Source: an uncultured Spirochaetaceae bacterium
Lineage (GTDB): Bacteria > Spirochaetota > Spirochaetia > DSM-27196 > SLST01
DNA: 64,000 nt
Direction: 5' to 3'
Assembly: GCA_964458555.1 (NCBI GenBank)
Contig: CAYWJH010000001.1
Coordinates: forward strand, 52,031 to 116,030
Shown here: piece by piece, positions 25,906-35,552 of the stretch
Position numbering within the stretch: the first letter of the stretch is position 1
Layout: every line of letters starts with the position of its first letter
Made by a program: the position numbers and the translations under genes
Notes under the pieces: generated by a model
The model's input: only the letters and a program-made list of their open reading frames with translations
Databases searched by the model: none
What the model was told of the DNA's origin: nothing

Positions 25906-27612
25906 TTATCGTCTCCGGAACACTCGCGCGACGAGCGAGAAGAGGAATCCCAGCCCGAGTATTCCTGCGATTCCAAAGCCCGCGAGCCCGATGATCGGGA
26001 TGTCGTTCCACAACGGGGGTAGCTTCGCGTGGATGATCAGACCGGAGCTGATCATGAGCGCCGCGAGCACGAGGCCGAAGACGAGCCGGTACCCTACGTT
26101 GTCGAGCGTCTCGCGCACCGGCTCGAGCCCACGCAGGCGAAACCCGATCGTCAGCTGCCCGGTGCGCAGCATACGCGCGATGCCGGAAATGTCGCTCGGC
26201 GTGTCACGCAGGAGCTCGAGATACTCGAGGCCGAGCGTCGATGCCTCGCGGGCGAGGTTCTCGGGCCGCAACCGGTGCATGACGACCCTGCGCGACGCCT
26301 CCTCGAGCGCGGGTTGCAGCGTGAACTCGGGGTAGAGGTGCATGCCCACGCCCTCGATCGTCAGCAGCGCCTTCGCGACCATCATGAGGCTCGTTGGAAC
26401 CTTGATCCCGTGGCTGACGACGAGCGTGATCAGGTCGCTGAACAGTTCGGCGATGTTCACGTCCTTGAGCGCCCGGTCGAGGTAGTCGTCGACGAGGTCC
26501 TGGATCTCGTCGACGAGGTCCTGGTACTGGGCGGTCCTGCTCGCCCGCGTGAGGCGCAGTACGGCGTCGGTGACCTTGGCCCCGTCGCGACGGACCATGC
26601 CGCCGATCGCGGTCGCGAGATGGTCGCGCTCCTCTTCGTGCAGCCGTCCCATCAGCCCGAAGTCGAGGTAGCAGATGGTATTCCCCGGCAGAATCATGAG
26701 GTTGCCCGGGTGTGGGTCGGCGTGAAAGAAGCCGTGGATGAGGATCTGTTCGAGGGTGAGATGCGCGCCGCGTTCGGCGATCTTCGACGGGTCGAAGGTG
26801 ACCTTGTGCGCGCCCTCGGGATCTCCGAGAAAGGTACTGACCTTGGTCCCGTCGACGTACTCCATGATGAGCATGCGCTTCGTCGAATAGCGCGCGTAGG
26901 TCGCCGGCACCTTGACCCCTTCACGGCGCGCAAACATGGATGCGAAGCGTTCCATGTTCTGACGCTCGCGGCCAAAGTCGAGCTCGCGGCGGATGTGCTT
27001 GCGGAACTCCTTGACCGTGTCGGTGGGGCCGAGGTAGCGCGACGACGGGATATAGCGTTCGGCGAGCCGCGCGAGGTAGGCGACGATGTCGAGATCGGTC
27101 TCGATCATCGTCTCGATCCCCGGGCGCTGGATTTTCACCGCGACGTCCTCGCCCGTGGTGAGCTCGGCTCGGTGAACCTGCGCGATCGAGGCGGATGCCG
27201 TGGGCGCCTCCTCGAACGAGCGGAATACCTCGTTAGCGGGTCTGCCCAACTCTTCGCGCAGCGCGATCGTGATGAGCTTGGGCGGTATGGGTTGGACCTC
27301 GTCCTGCAGGCGCGACAGCTCGCGAATGAGCTCGTTAGGCAGGACGTCGGTGCGGTTGCTGAGCAGCTGCCCGATCTTGATGAACGTGGGCCCCAGCTCC
27401 TCCATCGCCATGCGGATGATCTCCCAGCGCGACGCCCCCTTCGGGGGCTTGGGCCCACGCCGGACGAGGAGCGAACGGATGCCGGGTACGGCCTTGTCGA
27501 GCCGAAGCATGCGGACCCACTCCGAGAGTCCGTACTTGGCCATGACCCGGACGATTTCCTGGATACGGCCGGTCGTCCGTGCGCTGCGATGGAAGGTTGT
27601 CTCGCGTCTCAC
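25906..27612 (-). CDS. ABC1/UbiB-family atypical kinase
   Basis: 568 aa. Motifs LGPTFIKIGQLLSNRTDVLP, ASIAQVHRA, HADPHPGNL, plus C-terminal TM segments. Confidence 0.85.
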   Translation of the reverse strand: MRRETTFHRSARTTGRIQEIVRVMAKYGLSEWVRMLRLDKAVPGIRSLLVRRGPKPPKGASRWEIIRMAMEELGPTFIKIGQLLSNRTDVLPNELIRELSRLQDEVQPIPPKLITIALREELGRPANEVFRSFEEAPTASASIAQVHRAELTTGEDVAVKIQRPGIETMIETDLDIVAYLARLAERYIPSSRYLGPTDTVKEFRKHIRRELDFGRERQNMERFASMFARREGVKVPATYARYSTKRMLIMEYVDGTKVSTFLGDPEGAHKVTFDPSKIAERGAHLTLEQILIHGFFHADPHPGNLMILPGNTICYLDFGLMGRLHEEERDHLATAIGGMVRRDGAKVTDAVLRLTRASRTAQYQDLVDEIQDLVDDYLDRALKDVNIAELFSDLITLVVSHGIKVPTSLMMVAKALLTIEGVGMHLYPEFTLQPALEEASRRVVMHRLRPENLAREASTLGLEYLELLRDTPSDISGIARMLRTGQLTIGFRLRGLEPVRETLDNVGYRLVFGLVLAALMISSGLIIHAKLPPLWNDIPIIGLAGFGIAGILGLGFLFSLVARVFRRR

Positions 27613-27730
27613 GCTACGAGTGTACTCCAGATGGTGGCGAGTGACACCCGCCTGCTTCGCCTGACGGGCGTTCGGCGCGGTCCGCCTCCTTCGTGAGGTT
27701 CGCGCGTTTTAATGCCGCGTCGACAAAGCG

Positions 27731-28222
27731 TCAAGCCTTTCGGGGCGGAAGGATCACGGTTCGAAGCGCGAACGAGGTCGACGCGTCGACGTCGGCAGCC
27801 GCATCAACGTCCGCCTCCACGACCGCGAGCGCGCCGGTCGCGAGCCGCGTCGGGCTCCCGGCGACGAAGGACACGAACTCGCTCAGCGCGGGATTGTGAC
27901 CGACGATCATGACGCGCGTTGCGCTGCCGGCGTAAACTGGAAGGAGGGTGGCGATCTGAGAACCGTCGGCGTCGTAGAGCTCGGGAAGGTAGAATCGCTC
28001 GGGGTGTGCGGGAAACGCCTGAGCCCCGAGGTCGGCCGTCTGCCGCGCCCGCACCGCGTCCGAGCAGAGGACGAGCTCGGGCACGATATTGCGCTCGACG
28101 AGCAGGCGTCCGACCTCCCGGGCGTCGCCCTCGCCGACCGGCAGCAGCCGCCGCTCGTGATCGGCTTGCCTTCCGCCGGAGGGCTCGGTCTTCGCGTGTC
28201 GCCAGACGAGTAGCTCAACCAT
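27731..28222 (-). CDS. Histidine phosphatase (SixA-like)
   Basis: 163 aa. LLVWRHAKTE carries the RHA catalytic motif, and the product has the small SixA-like size. Confidence 0.75.
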   Translation of the reverse strand: MVELLVWRHAKTEPSGGRQADHERRLLPVGEGDAREVGRLLVERNIVPELVLCSDAVRARQTADLGAQAFPAHPERFYLPELYDADGSQIATLLPVYAGSATRVMIVGHNPALSEFVSFVAGSPTRLATGALAVVEADVDAAADVDASTSFALRTVILPPRKA

Positions 28223-28796
28223 CGGCAGAAACCTCCTTTGCCCACTCGCGCGCCTCGGCGAGCCAGCGGCGGCGCTGTCGGTGGCCGCTGTTCCTCAGGT
28301 CGGCGAGTACCGTGTAGCGCGCGAGCTCCATGCCCGAGTAGTCTGCCACGTCGAGCCAGAAACCCTCAATCGGCTCGGGAGGCCGATCGGTCTCGCGGTC
28401 GGTCGTGACGAAGATGCCCAGGCGCGTGTCCGTCAGCAGCGGGACGTGGCGTTTCTCTTCGAATTCCTCGCCCTGCCAGTCGTACGCGATTCCCGGGCGT
28501 AGGACGCGTTCGAGCCAGCCCTTCAGGAGCGCCGGGGGTGCGCTCCACCAGTCGGGGTGTACGACGGCGAGCACGTCGGTCCGTACGATCTCATCGGTGT
28601 AGCGCTGGATCTGCTCGTCGAGGCTGTACCGCCGGGCGATTTCCGCGCCGGTGAGCACCGGATCGGGCGCCTCGGCGTAGAGGTCGTGGGACGACGCATC
28701 GGCCCCGGTTTCGCGGAACCCGTCGACGAGCGCCTGAGCGATCGCGTGACAGTAGCTTCGTTCGAACGGATGGCAGAGGATGATCGTGATGCGCAT
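28215..28796 (-). CDS. Flavodoxin-like fold NAD(P)H oxidoreductase (NQO/KefF-like)
   Basis: 193 aa. The MRITIILCHPFERSYCHAIAQAL N-terminus is typical of Flavodoxin_2 proteins. Confidence 0.75.
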   Translation of the reverse strand: MRITIILCHPFERSYCHAIAQALVDGFRETGADASSHDLYAEAPDPVLTGAEIARRYSLDEQIQRYTDEIVRTDVLAVVHPDWWSAPPALLKGWLERVLRPGIAYDWQGEEFEEKRHVPLLTDTRLGIFVTTDRETDRPPEPIEGFWLDVADYSGMELARYTVLADLRNSGHRQRRRWLAEAREWAKEVSADG

Positions 28797-28884
28797 TACC
28801 CTTGTTAGTATACGGCCGGAGAGTGGTCACGAGGGACAGATTTGCGTAGTTTTCGACATATACGAGCGGCTTGCAATGTACCAC

Positions 28885-28913
28885 TTGACGACCGGCTTGT
28901 ACCTTAGTAGAAT
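28885..28913 (+). promoter_or_regulatory. Candidate suf operon promoter (TTGACG-N17-TAGAAT)
   Basis: Near-consensus hexamers in a locally AT-richer intergenic region. A GAGGGAG RBS lies before ATG 28934. Confidence 0.55.
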
Positions 28914-28933
28914 GGTAAGGAATAGAGGGAGCT

Positions 28934-29236
28934 ATGGCAACAAAAGGCGAAGTGCTGGACGCGCTGGCGCGCGTAATCGACCCGGAGATCGGCCTGAACA
29001 TCGTGGACGTGGGTCTCGTCTATCGCGTCGAGGTTGCGGAAGACCACGTCGACGTGGATTTCACGCTCACCGCGCCGGGGTGTCCGCTCGCGGACACGAT
29101 CGTGAACGACATGAAGACCGAAATCACGCAGGCGACGGGGATCGACGACGTTCGCACGAACCTCGTCTGGAACCCGCCGTGGAGCCTGGACTTCATGAGC
29201 GAGGAGGCCCGGCTCCAACTGGGGTATCCCATCTGA
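28934..29236 (+). CDS. DUF59 / SufT-like Fe-S assembly protein
   Basis: 100 aa. Motifs VIDPEIGLNIVDVGLVY and TLTAPGCPLAD. Confidence 0.85.
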   Translation: MATKGEVLDALARVIDPEIGLNIVDVGLVYRVEVAEDHVDVDFTLTAPGCPLADTIVNDMKTEITQATGIDDVRTNLVWNPPWSLDFMSEEARLQLGYPI

Positions 29237-29273
29237 AACCCGAGCACAGACCGAGCACGAGCGAGGAGACGAG

Positions 29274-30047
29274 ATGAAGATAGAAATCCGAGACCTGCGA
29301 GCGAGTATCGAGGACAAGCCGATTCTCAACGGTATCGACCTGACGATGCAGAGCGGCGAGGTGCACGCGCTCATGGGACCGAACGGGTCGGGCAAGAGCA
29401 CGCTGAGCAACGTCATCATGGGTCACCCGTCCTACGAGGTGACCGGTGGCGAGGTCCTCGTGGACGGCGATAACATCCTCGAGATGGACATCGACGTGCG
29501 GGCGCGTCTTGGGCTCTTCATGGCCTTCCAGTACCCCGTGGAGATTTCCGGCGTGACCGTCGGCCGCTTCCTCAAGCGCGCCGCGGAGATCCGCTTCGAG
29601 GGCCAGGATACGAAGGCGAAGAGCTTCATCAAGGAGCTCCGGGCGAACATGGACTATCTCGAGATGGACCAGCAGTTCATCAACCGCTACCTCAACGAGG
29701 GCTTTTCCGGGGGTGAGAAGAAGCGGATGGAGATCCTCCAGATGCTCATGCTCAAGCCCACGTTCGCCGTCATGGACGAGACGGATTCGGGGCTCGATAT
29801 CGACGCGCTGAAGATCGTCGCGAAGGGTGTGAATCACCTGCGTGGCGGCGATTTCGGAGCGCTCATCATCACGCACTACCAGCGCATTCTCCAGCACGTG
29901 AAGCCGGACGTTGTACACATTATGTACAAGGGCAGGGTCGTGACCTCCGGAGGCGAGGATCTCGCGCACACGCTGGAGGCGGAAGGCTATGATTGGGTCC
30001 GGCAGAAGTACGGATCACCCGACGACATGCTCGAGGAGGCGACATGA
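29274..30047 (+). CDS. sufC: Fe-S cluster assembly ATPase SufC
   Basis: 257 aa. Walker [11 protein letters not shown] and [11 protein letters not shown]. Located within the suf context. Confidence 0.92.
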   Translation: MKIEIRDLRASIEDKPILNGIDLTMQSGEVHALMGPNGSGKSTLSNVIMGHPSYEVTGGEVLVDGDNILEMDIDVRARLGLFMAFQYPVEISGVTVGRFLKRAAEIRFEGQDTKAKSFIKELRANMDYLEMDQQFINRYLNEGFSGGEKKRMEILQMLMLKPTFAVMDETDSGLDIDALKIVAKGVNHLRGGDFGALIITHYQRILQHVKPDVVHIMYKGRVVTSGGEDLAHTLEAEGYDWVRQKYGSPDDMLEEAT

Positions 30048-31459
30048 GTTCTCAGGCACAAGAGACGAACCAGAACGTCGAGCTCGGTGACTACCAGTTC
30101 GGCTTTGCATACCCGGACGAGAGCGTTTTCAAGACCGCGAAGGGCATCAGCCCTGAGGTCGTGAACGCGATCAGCGATCACAAGGGCGAACCCGACTGGA
30201 TGCGGCAGTTCCGCCTCCGAAGCCTCGAGGAGTTCCAGAAGAAGAGCATGCCCAACTGGGGTGCTGATCTCAGCGACCTCCGGTTCGAGGACATGGTGTA
30301 CTACTCGACGTCGAGCGAGGCGACGTACAAGAGCTGGGAAGACGTCCCGGAGTCGATCAAGGAAACCTACGAGCGGATCGGCATCCCGGAGGCCGAGCGG
30401 AAGTTCCTCGCCGGAGTGGGCGCGCAGTACGATTCGGAGGTCGTCTACCACAATCTGCAGCAGCAGCTTGCGGACAAGGGCGTCATCTTCACCGACCCCG
30501 AGACCGCGGTCACCGAGCACCCGGAGATCGTGAAGAAGTACTTTGGTACGATCATCCCGTATTCGGACAATAAGTTTGCGGCGCTGAACTCGGCGTTCTG
30601 GTCGGGCGGGAGCTTCGTCTACGTTCCGCCCGGCGTGGAGGTGGACATTCCGCTCCAGGCGTACTTCCGGATCAACAGCGAGAACTTCGGCCAGTTCGAG
30701 CGGACGCTCATCATCGCGGACGAGGGTAGCTTCGTTCACTACATAGAAGGGTGTACGGCGCCCATCTATACGACCGACAGCCTTCACAGCGCGGTCGTGG
30801 AGATCATCGCTCTGCCCGGCTCCCGCGTGCGCTACACGACGATCCAGAACTGGTCGAGCGACGTCTACAACCTCGTCACCAAGCGCGCGGTCGCCCACGA
30901 GCGGGCCACCGTCGAGTGGGTCGACGGGAACATAGGCAGCAAGCGCACCATGAAGTACCCGGCGGTCTGGCTCATGGGCGAGGGCGCGCACGGCGAAGTG
31001 CTCTCCATCGCCTTCGCGGGCAAGGGCCAGGAGCAGGACACCGGCGGCAAGATGGTCCACGCCGCGCCGAACACCAGCTCGGTCATCACGTCGAAGAGCA
31101 TCAGCAAGGACGGCGGCACCGCGAGCTACCGCGGACAGGTCAAGGTCGATCCGGGTTTGCACAACGTTCGCAGCCACGTCGTCTGCGACGCGCTGATCCT
31201 CGATCCGGACTCGACGAGCAACACGTACCCGTACATGGACATAAACTCGGAGGACGTGAGCATCGAGCACGAGGCGCGCGTCAGCCGGATCAGCGAGGAG
31301 CAGCTGTTCTATCTCATGTCGCGTGGTCTCAGCGAAGAGGAAGCGTCGATGATGATCGTCAACGGCTTCCTCGACCCGCTCGTGAAGCAGCTGCCCATGG
31401 AGTACGCCGTAGAGCTCAATCGGCTCATCGAGCTCGAGATGGAAGGATCGGTCGGCTGA
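30044..31459 (+). CDS. sufB: Fe-S cluster assembly scaffold SufB
   Basis: ATG 30044 overlaps the sufC stop. Motifs [23 protein letters not shown] and [16 protein letters not shown]. Confidence 0.92.
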   Translation: MSSQAQETNQNVELGDYQFGFAYPDESVFKTAKGISPEVVNAISDHKGEPDWMRQFRLRSLEEFQKKSMPNWGADLSDLRFEDMVYYSTSSEATYKSWEDVPESIKETYERIGIPEAERKFLAGVGAQYDSEVVYHNLQQQLADKGVIFTDPETAVTEHPEIVKKYFGTIIPYSDNKFAALNSAFWSGGSFVYVPPGVEVDIPLQAYFRINSENFGQFERTLIIADEGSFVHYIEGCTAPIYTTDSLHSAVVEIIALPGSRVRYTTIQNWSSDVYNLVTKRAVAHERATVEWVDGNIGSKRTMKYPAVWLMGEGAHGEVLSIAFAGKGQEQDTGGKMVHAAPNTSSVITSKSISKDGGTASYRGQVKVDPGLHNVRSHVVCDALILDPDSTSNTYPYMDINSEDVSIEHEARVSRISEEQLFYLMSRGLSEEEASMMIVNGFLDPLVKQLPMEYAVELNRLIELEMEGSVG

Positions 31460-31475
31460 CGTCGACGGCAAAGCG

Positions 31476-32801
31476 ATGAACGAGACCGAAACACGAACCT
31501 TTACAGCAACCGACGACCTGGACGCGTTTCAGTCCGGGCTCGCCGGACCAGATTGGCTTCGCTCGCTGCGTGCAGCCGCCGCCGCCCGGTTCGCCGAAGC
31601 CGAGTGGCCGAAGACGAGCGAGGAGGAGTGGCGGCGGACCAACCTGAGCCCTCTCGAGTTCGACGCGTACGAGGCGCGTCCGGTGGTCACCGCGACCGCG
31701 GCGGCCTCCGCAGCCCAGTCGTCGGCCGCCGGCCTGGACCGGGACGACCGAGCGGGGGTCATCGCCTATCGCGACGAGCTGCTCGAGACCGTGGCGGTCG
31801 ACCCGGCGCTTGCCGACCGTGGGGTCCTCTTCGGCGACCTGTGCGCGCTCGCCGGCGACGAGCGCGTCGCAGGTGTGGTGCGCGCAACGCTCGAGCGGAC
31901 GCTCGAGGAGGCCGACAACCGGGTGATCGCGTGGCACCTCGCGCTGCTGCAGAGCGCGGTCGTGCTCTACGTTCCGGCGAACGTCGCCGTCGAAAAGCCG
32001 TTCGAGATCGACCTCCGCTTCTCCGGCGACGAGGTCGTCGCCGCGCCGCACCTCGTCGCGATCCTCGAGCGCGGCGCCGAGGCGTCGATCGTACGGCGGC
32101 TCGGCGGTGAGGAGGAGGGCGAGGTGCTCCTCGTAGACGCGAACGAGTTCGTCGTGCACGAGGGGGCGCGCCTGAGGTACGTCAACCTCCAGCGGATGAA
32201 CGAGGAGTCGGTCTACTTCGGCAACGACCGCGGCAACGTCGCGCGCGACGCGCAGGTACACCGTACGGAGGCGGCGCTCGGATCGGACTTCGTGAAGAGC
32301 CGCTACGTCTCCGAGCTCACCGGCGCCGGTGCCGACGCGGTGCTCAACGGTATCTACTTCGCGACCGACGAGCAGCACATGGATCTGCGTACGGTGCAGC
32401 GGCATCGGGCGCCGCACACGACGAGCCGCGCCTTCTACCGGGGCGCGGTCCGCGACGAGAGCCACGCGATCTACCAGGGTCTCATCCAGGTGGACCACGA
32501 AGCGACCGGTACCGACGCGTACCTGACGAACAAGAACCTCATCCTCGGCGAAGGGGCGCGCGCAGACTCGATCCCGTCGTTGAACATCGCCACCGACGAC
32601 GTGCGCTGCAGCCACGGATCGACGACCGGACGGCTCGACGCCGACCAGCTCTTCTATCTGCGCACTCGCGGCTTCAACGAGGTCGAGGCGAAGCGGTTCC
32701 TCGTCGAGGGCTACTTCGAGGACCTCATCGCGCAGACACCGGCGACGCTCCAGGACGAGCTGCGCGAGCTGATCATGGCGAGAATAGGTGGCGACGAGTA
32801 G
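31476..32801 (+). CDS. sufD: Fe-S cluster assembly protein SufD
   Basis: 441 aa. The C-terminal region LNIATDDVRCSHGSTTGRLDADQLFYLRTRG is typical of SufD. Confidence 0.88.
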   Translation: MNETETRTFTATDDLDAFQSGLAGPDWLRSLRAAAAARFAEAEWPKTSEEEWRRTNLSPLEFDAYEARPVVTATAAASAAQSSAAGLDRDDRAGVIAYRDELLETVAVDPALADRGVLFGDLCALAGDERVAGVVRATLERTLEEADNRVIAWHLALLQSAVVLYVPANVAVEKPFEIDLRFSGDEVVAAPHLVAILERGAEASIVRRLGGEEEGEVLLVDANEFVVHEGARLRYVNLQRMNEESVYFGNDRGNVARDAQVHRTEAALGSDFVKSRYVSELTGAGADAVLNGIYFATDEQHMDLRTVQRHRAPHTTSRAFYRGAVRDESHAIYQGLIQVDHEATGTDAYLTNKNLILGEGARADSIPSLNIATDDVRCSHGSTTGRLDADQLFYLRTRGFNEVEAKRFLVEGYFEDLIAQTPATLQDELRELIMARIGGDE

Positions 32802-33109
32802 TGGCGAAGTGGGTCCGGGCCGGTAACATCGAGGATTTCCAGCGAAGCTACCTCTTCAGGTACAAACGCAAGGAGTACGCCATCTTCAAGCTCGACGACG
32901 GCGTATACTGCACCGACAACGTCTGCTCGCACGAGTACTCGCCCCTCGCCGAAGGGATGGTGCTCGACGGCGACGTCTTCTGCCCCAAGCACGGCTCACG
33001 GTTCGACATTCGCACCGGCGCGGTGAAAGACTACCCGGCGACACGGCCGGTGAAGACGTTCGAGGTCGAGGTCGACGAGGCCGGCGATATCCATATCAGG
33101 GTGAAGTAG
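32801..33109 (+). CDS. Rieske [2Fe-2S] ferredoxin-type protein
   Basis: GTG 32801 overlaps the sufD TAG by 1 nt. The Rieske ligands CSHE...CPKHGSRF are present. Confidence 0.85.
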   Translation: MAKWVRAGNIEDFQRSYLFRYKRKEYAIFKLDDGVYCTDNVCSHEYSPLAEGMVLDGDVFCPKHGSRFDIRTGAVKDYPATRPVKTFEVEVDEAGDIHIRVK

Positions 33110-34001
33110 CGCGGGCGAACACGCCCATCCACTCGTCGCGCGGCTCGCACGGCTCTCCCCAGAGCGAGCCGTAGACGTTCTGCACCGCAAACCCCTCCGC
33201 GGCGAGCAGCTCGTGAAGCTCCGGCGCGTCGAAATGACGCCACCAGACGTTGAACTGTCGGTAGCCGCCGTCTTCGGCGACGATCGTGTAACGCGCGACG
33301 CTCGCCGACCGTGCGGGATAGTGAAAGTGCTGGATCAGAACGAGGTGAGGCGTCGCCTGCCAGAAGCCGTCGCGCGTGCTCACGTACCAGTCGTCCGACG
33401 ATCGGTTGCGCCGAACGTATTCCTCGGTAAAGGCGTCGAAGGCGAGCAGCCCGCCGGGCACGAGCGCCCGGCGTACCTTGCGCAACAGCTTCCGGCGTTC
33501 GGCGTCGGAGAGCGTGCAGAACTCCCCGTAGATGAGCGTCACCACGTCGTAGGGTCCGTCGAACCGTGCCGACAGGACATCGGCCTCGCGGTAGTCGATC
33601 GCGAGGCCCTCCGCCTTCGCTCGCTCGCGCGCGTGGTCGATCGAGACGTGCGAGAAATCGATGCCGGTCACCCGGAAGCCGCGCGCGGCGAACTGTTCGG
33701 CGTAGAGGCCCGGGCCGCAGGCGAGGTCGAGCAGGCGCGGCGAGGAGGTGCCGAGGTCGACGCCGGCTTCGCCGATGATCTGCTCGACGGTCGCGGCTAT
33801 CCGTTCGGGCCGTCGCGTCGCGTCGTCGGTGTGGGGGTCGAGGTGCGCTTCGAGCACGTGATGAGATACGTAGGGGTCGGTCCAGAAGCTCTTGTCGCGT
33901 CCCTCGAACGGGCGCGGCCGGCCGGAGAGGCGCTGCAGCAGGTCGAGCCGCAGTCCCTTTCCCCCGAGGAGCGAGCCGTCGTAGCGAGCAGAAGTTCCCA
34001 T
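33096..34001 (-). CDS. Class I SAM-dependent methyltransferase
   Basis: 301 aa. SAM motif LLDLACGPGLYAEQFAARGFRVTGIDFS. Track ORF 33213..34034 (+) is its shadow. Confidence 0.8.
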   Translation of the reverse strand: MGTSARYDGSLLGGKGLRLDLLQRLSGRPRPFEGRDKSFWTDPYVSHHVLEAHLDPHTDDATRRPERIAATVEQIIGEAGVDLGTSSPRLLDLACGPGLYAEQFAARGFRVTGIDFSHVSIDHARERAKAEGLAIDYREADVLSARFDGPYDVVTLIYGEFCTLSDAERRKLLRKVRRALVPGGLLAFDAFTEEYVRRNRSSDDWYVSTRDGFWQATPHLVLIQHFHYPARSASVARYTIVAEDGGYRQFNVWWRHFDAPELHELLAAEGFAVQNVYGSLWGEPCEPRDEWMGVFARATSP

Positions 34002-34034
34002 GGCGGGGGCAGTATAGTACCTTTCGCGGGTACC

Positions 34035-35102
34035 ATGATACCGCAGCGTTCGCGTAGAGAACCGTCACACGGCGAGCTCGAGGCAGCGGCCCGCGCGATT
34101 CGGACCGGACGGCTCGTCGTCTTTCCGACCGAGACCGTCTACGGACTCGGTGCCGATGCGCTCAACGCGGCGGCCGTCCGCGGTATCTTCGCGGCGAAGG
34201 GCCGGCCCGTCGACAATCCCCTCATCGTCCACCTCGAGTCCGCGTCGCTGCTCGACACCGTAGCCGCCGACCCGGCGCGCATCGCGCACGAGCTCCTCGC
34301 ACGCTTCGCGCCCGGGCCGCTCACGCTCGTCGTACAGGCGAACGACTCGGTGCCGCGCGAGGTCACCGCCGGGCTCGCGACGGTGGCGGTGCGCGTCCCA
34401 CGCCATCCTCTCGCCCGCGCGCTGCTCGCCGCGTGCGGCCGGCCGATCGCCGCGCCGAGCGCGAACCGGTCGGGCGAGCCGAGCCCGACCACGGTGGACA
34501 TGGCGCGGCGCAGTCTCGGTCGCACGGTCGATGTCTATCTCGACGGCGGGGCCTGCGAGGTGGGGGTGGAGTCGACGGTTGCCGCGATCGCCGAGGATGC
34601 GGTAACCATCCTCAGGCCGGGCGCGGTCACCGCAGAGCAGATCGCCGCCGCGCTTCCGGGGATCGACGTCGGGTACGCGGATGCGGATGCCGACGTCGCG
34701 AGGGGCACGGCTGCGCCGTCGCCGGGGCTCCGTCACCGGCACTATCATCCGCGCGCGACGGTGATCATTTGCGATCCCGATGAGGCCCGGAGGTGCGCGG
34801 TTGCGGTGGCGGACGCGCTGCGCGGGGCCGGCGGTTCGCTCGCGGTAATCGGCCTTGCCGCGGCGGTCGACGCCGCGCTCGAGGCAGGCCTGGGAGCGCG
34901 CGCGTTCGGCGACGCGCTGGTCCTCCGGGCGAGCGACACCGCGGAGTACGCGCGCAACCTCTACCGCTGGTTCCACGAGCTCGACGCGGCGGGCGTCACG
35001 CGGATCGTGGCGCTTCTGCCCCCCGCGGTCGGTATTGGACGAGCGGTGCGCGATCGGCTCGCCCGCGCGGGCGAGCGCCCGCGCGGCGATGCCGGCCGCT
35101 GA
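34035..35102 (+). CDS. tsaC: L-threonylcarbamoyladenylate synthase (Sua5/YwlC-type TsaC with a C-terminal Sua5 domain)
   Basis: From ATG 34035: GRLVVFPTETVYGLGADALN, KGRPVDNPLIVH, SANRSGEPSPTT. The product is 355 aa. Confidence 0.88.
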   Translation: MIPQRSRREPSHGELEAAARAIRTGRLVVFPTETVYGLGADALNAAAVRGIFAAKGRPVDNPLIVHLESASLLDTVAADPARIAHELLARFAPGPLTLVVQANDSVPREVTAGLATVAVRVPRHPLARALLAACGRPIAAPSANRSGEPSPTTVDMARRSLGRTVDVYLDGGACEVGVESTVAAIAEDAVTILRPGAVTAEQIAAALPGIDVGYADADADVARGTAAPSPGLRHRHYHPRATVIICDPDEARRCAVAVADALRGAGGSLAVIGLAAAVDAALEAGLGARAFGDALVLRASDTAEYARNLYRWFHELDAAGVTRIVALLPPAVGIGRAVRDRLARAGERPRGDAGR

Positions 35103-35114
35103 GGCGGGGCGGTG

Positions 35115-35483
35115 TCAGTTCAGGTGCGCCTGCCGGGCCGACCGCTGGTGTTTGCGCGCGCAGTCGTAGCAGAAGACCGTGTCGGGTTGCGCGTCGAGCC
35201 GCCCCTCGCCGATCTGCTCACCGCAGACCGCGCAGACGCCGAAGTGCCCTTCCTCGAGACGCGCGAGCGCCGACTGGACGCGGACGAGCCGGTGGCGATC
35301 GTGACGCAGCAGCGCGGACATCGTTCGCTCGTCGTTACGGATCGCCGCCTCGTCGGTGTCTTCGGTCCGGGCGCCGAGCGTGAGCTCCTCGTATTCGCGG
35401 CGTTGGTCGTCGATCGACGCGAGGATCTCCTCCTCGAGATCGCCGAGACGGCTGCGCATGTTCTTCTTGAAACTCGCTGTCAT
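35115..35483 (-). CDS. DksA/TraR-family C4 zinc-finger protein
   Basis: CAVCGEQIGEGRLDAQPDTVFCYDC. GCGGAG lies 6 nt upstream of ATG 35483. Confidence 0.8.
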   Translation of the reverse strand: MTASFKKNMRSRLGDLEEEILASIDDQRREYEELTLGARTEDTDEAAIRNDERTMSALLRHDRHRLVRVQSALARLEEGHFGVCAVCGEQIGEGRLDAQPDTVFCYDCARKHQRSARQAHLN

Positions 35484-35552
35484 GGTCAACTCCGCGAGCA
35501 ATCTACACCGACGGAGCGAGGCGACCTATAGCCCGGTCAGGTTATTATTCCT

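Noticed and set aside
26029-27696. A 555-aa + strand ORF
   Set aside because: It is antisense to the UbiB/ABC1 kinase gene, which has clear family motifs.
29987-32615. Minus-strand ORFs 29987..31471 and 31425..32615
   Set aside because: They are antisense to sufB and sufD.
33213-34034. The N-terminal 274 aa of track ORF 33213..35102
   Set aside because: This part is antisense to the SAM-methyltransferase gene. TsaC homology begins only after ATG 34035.
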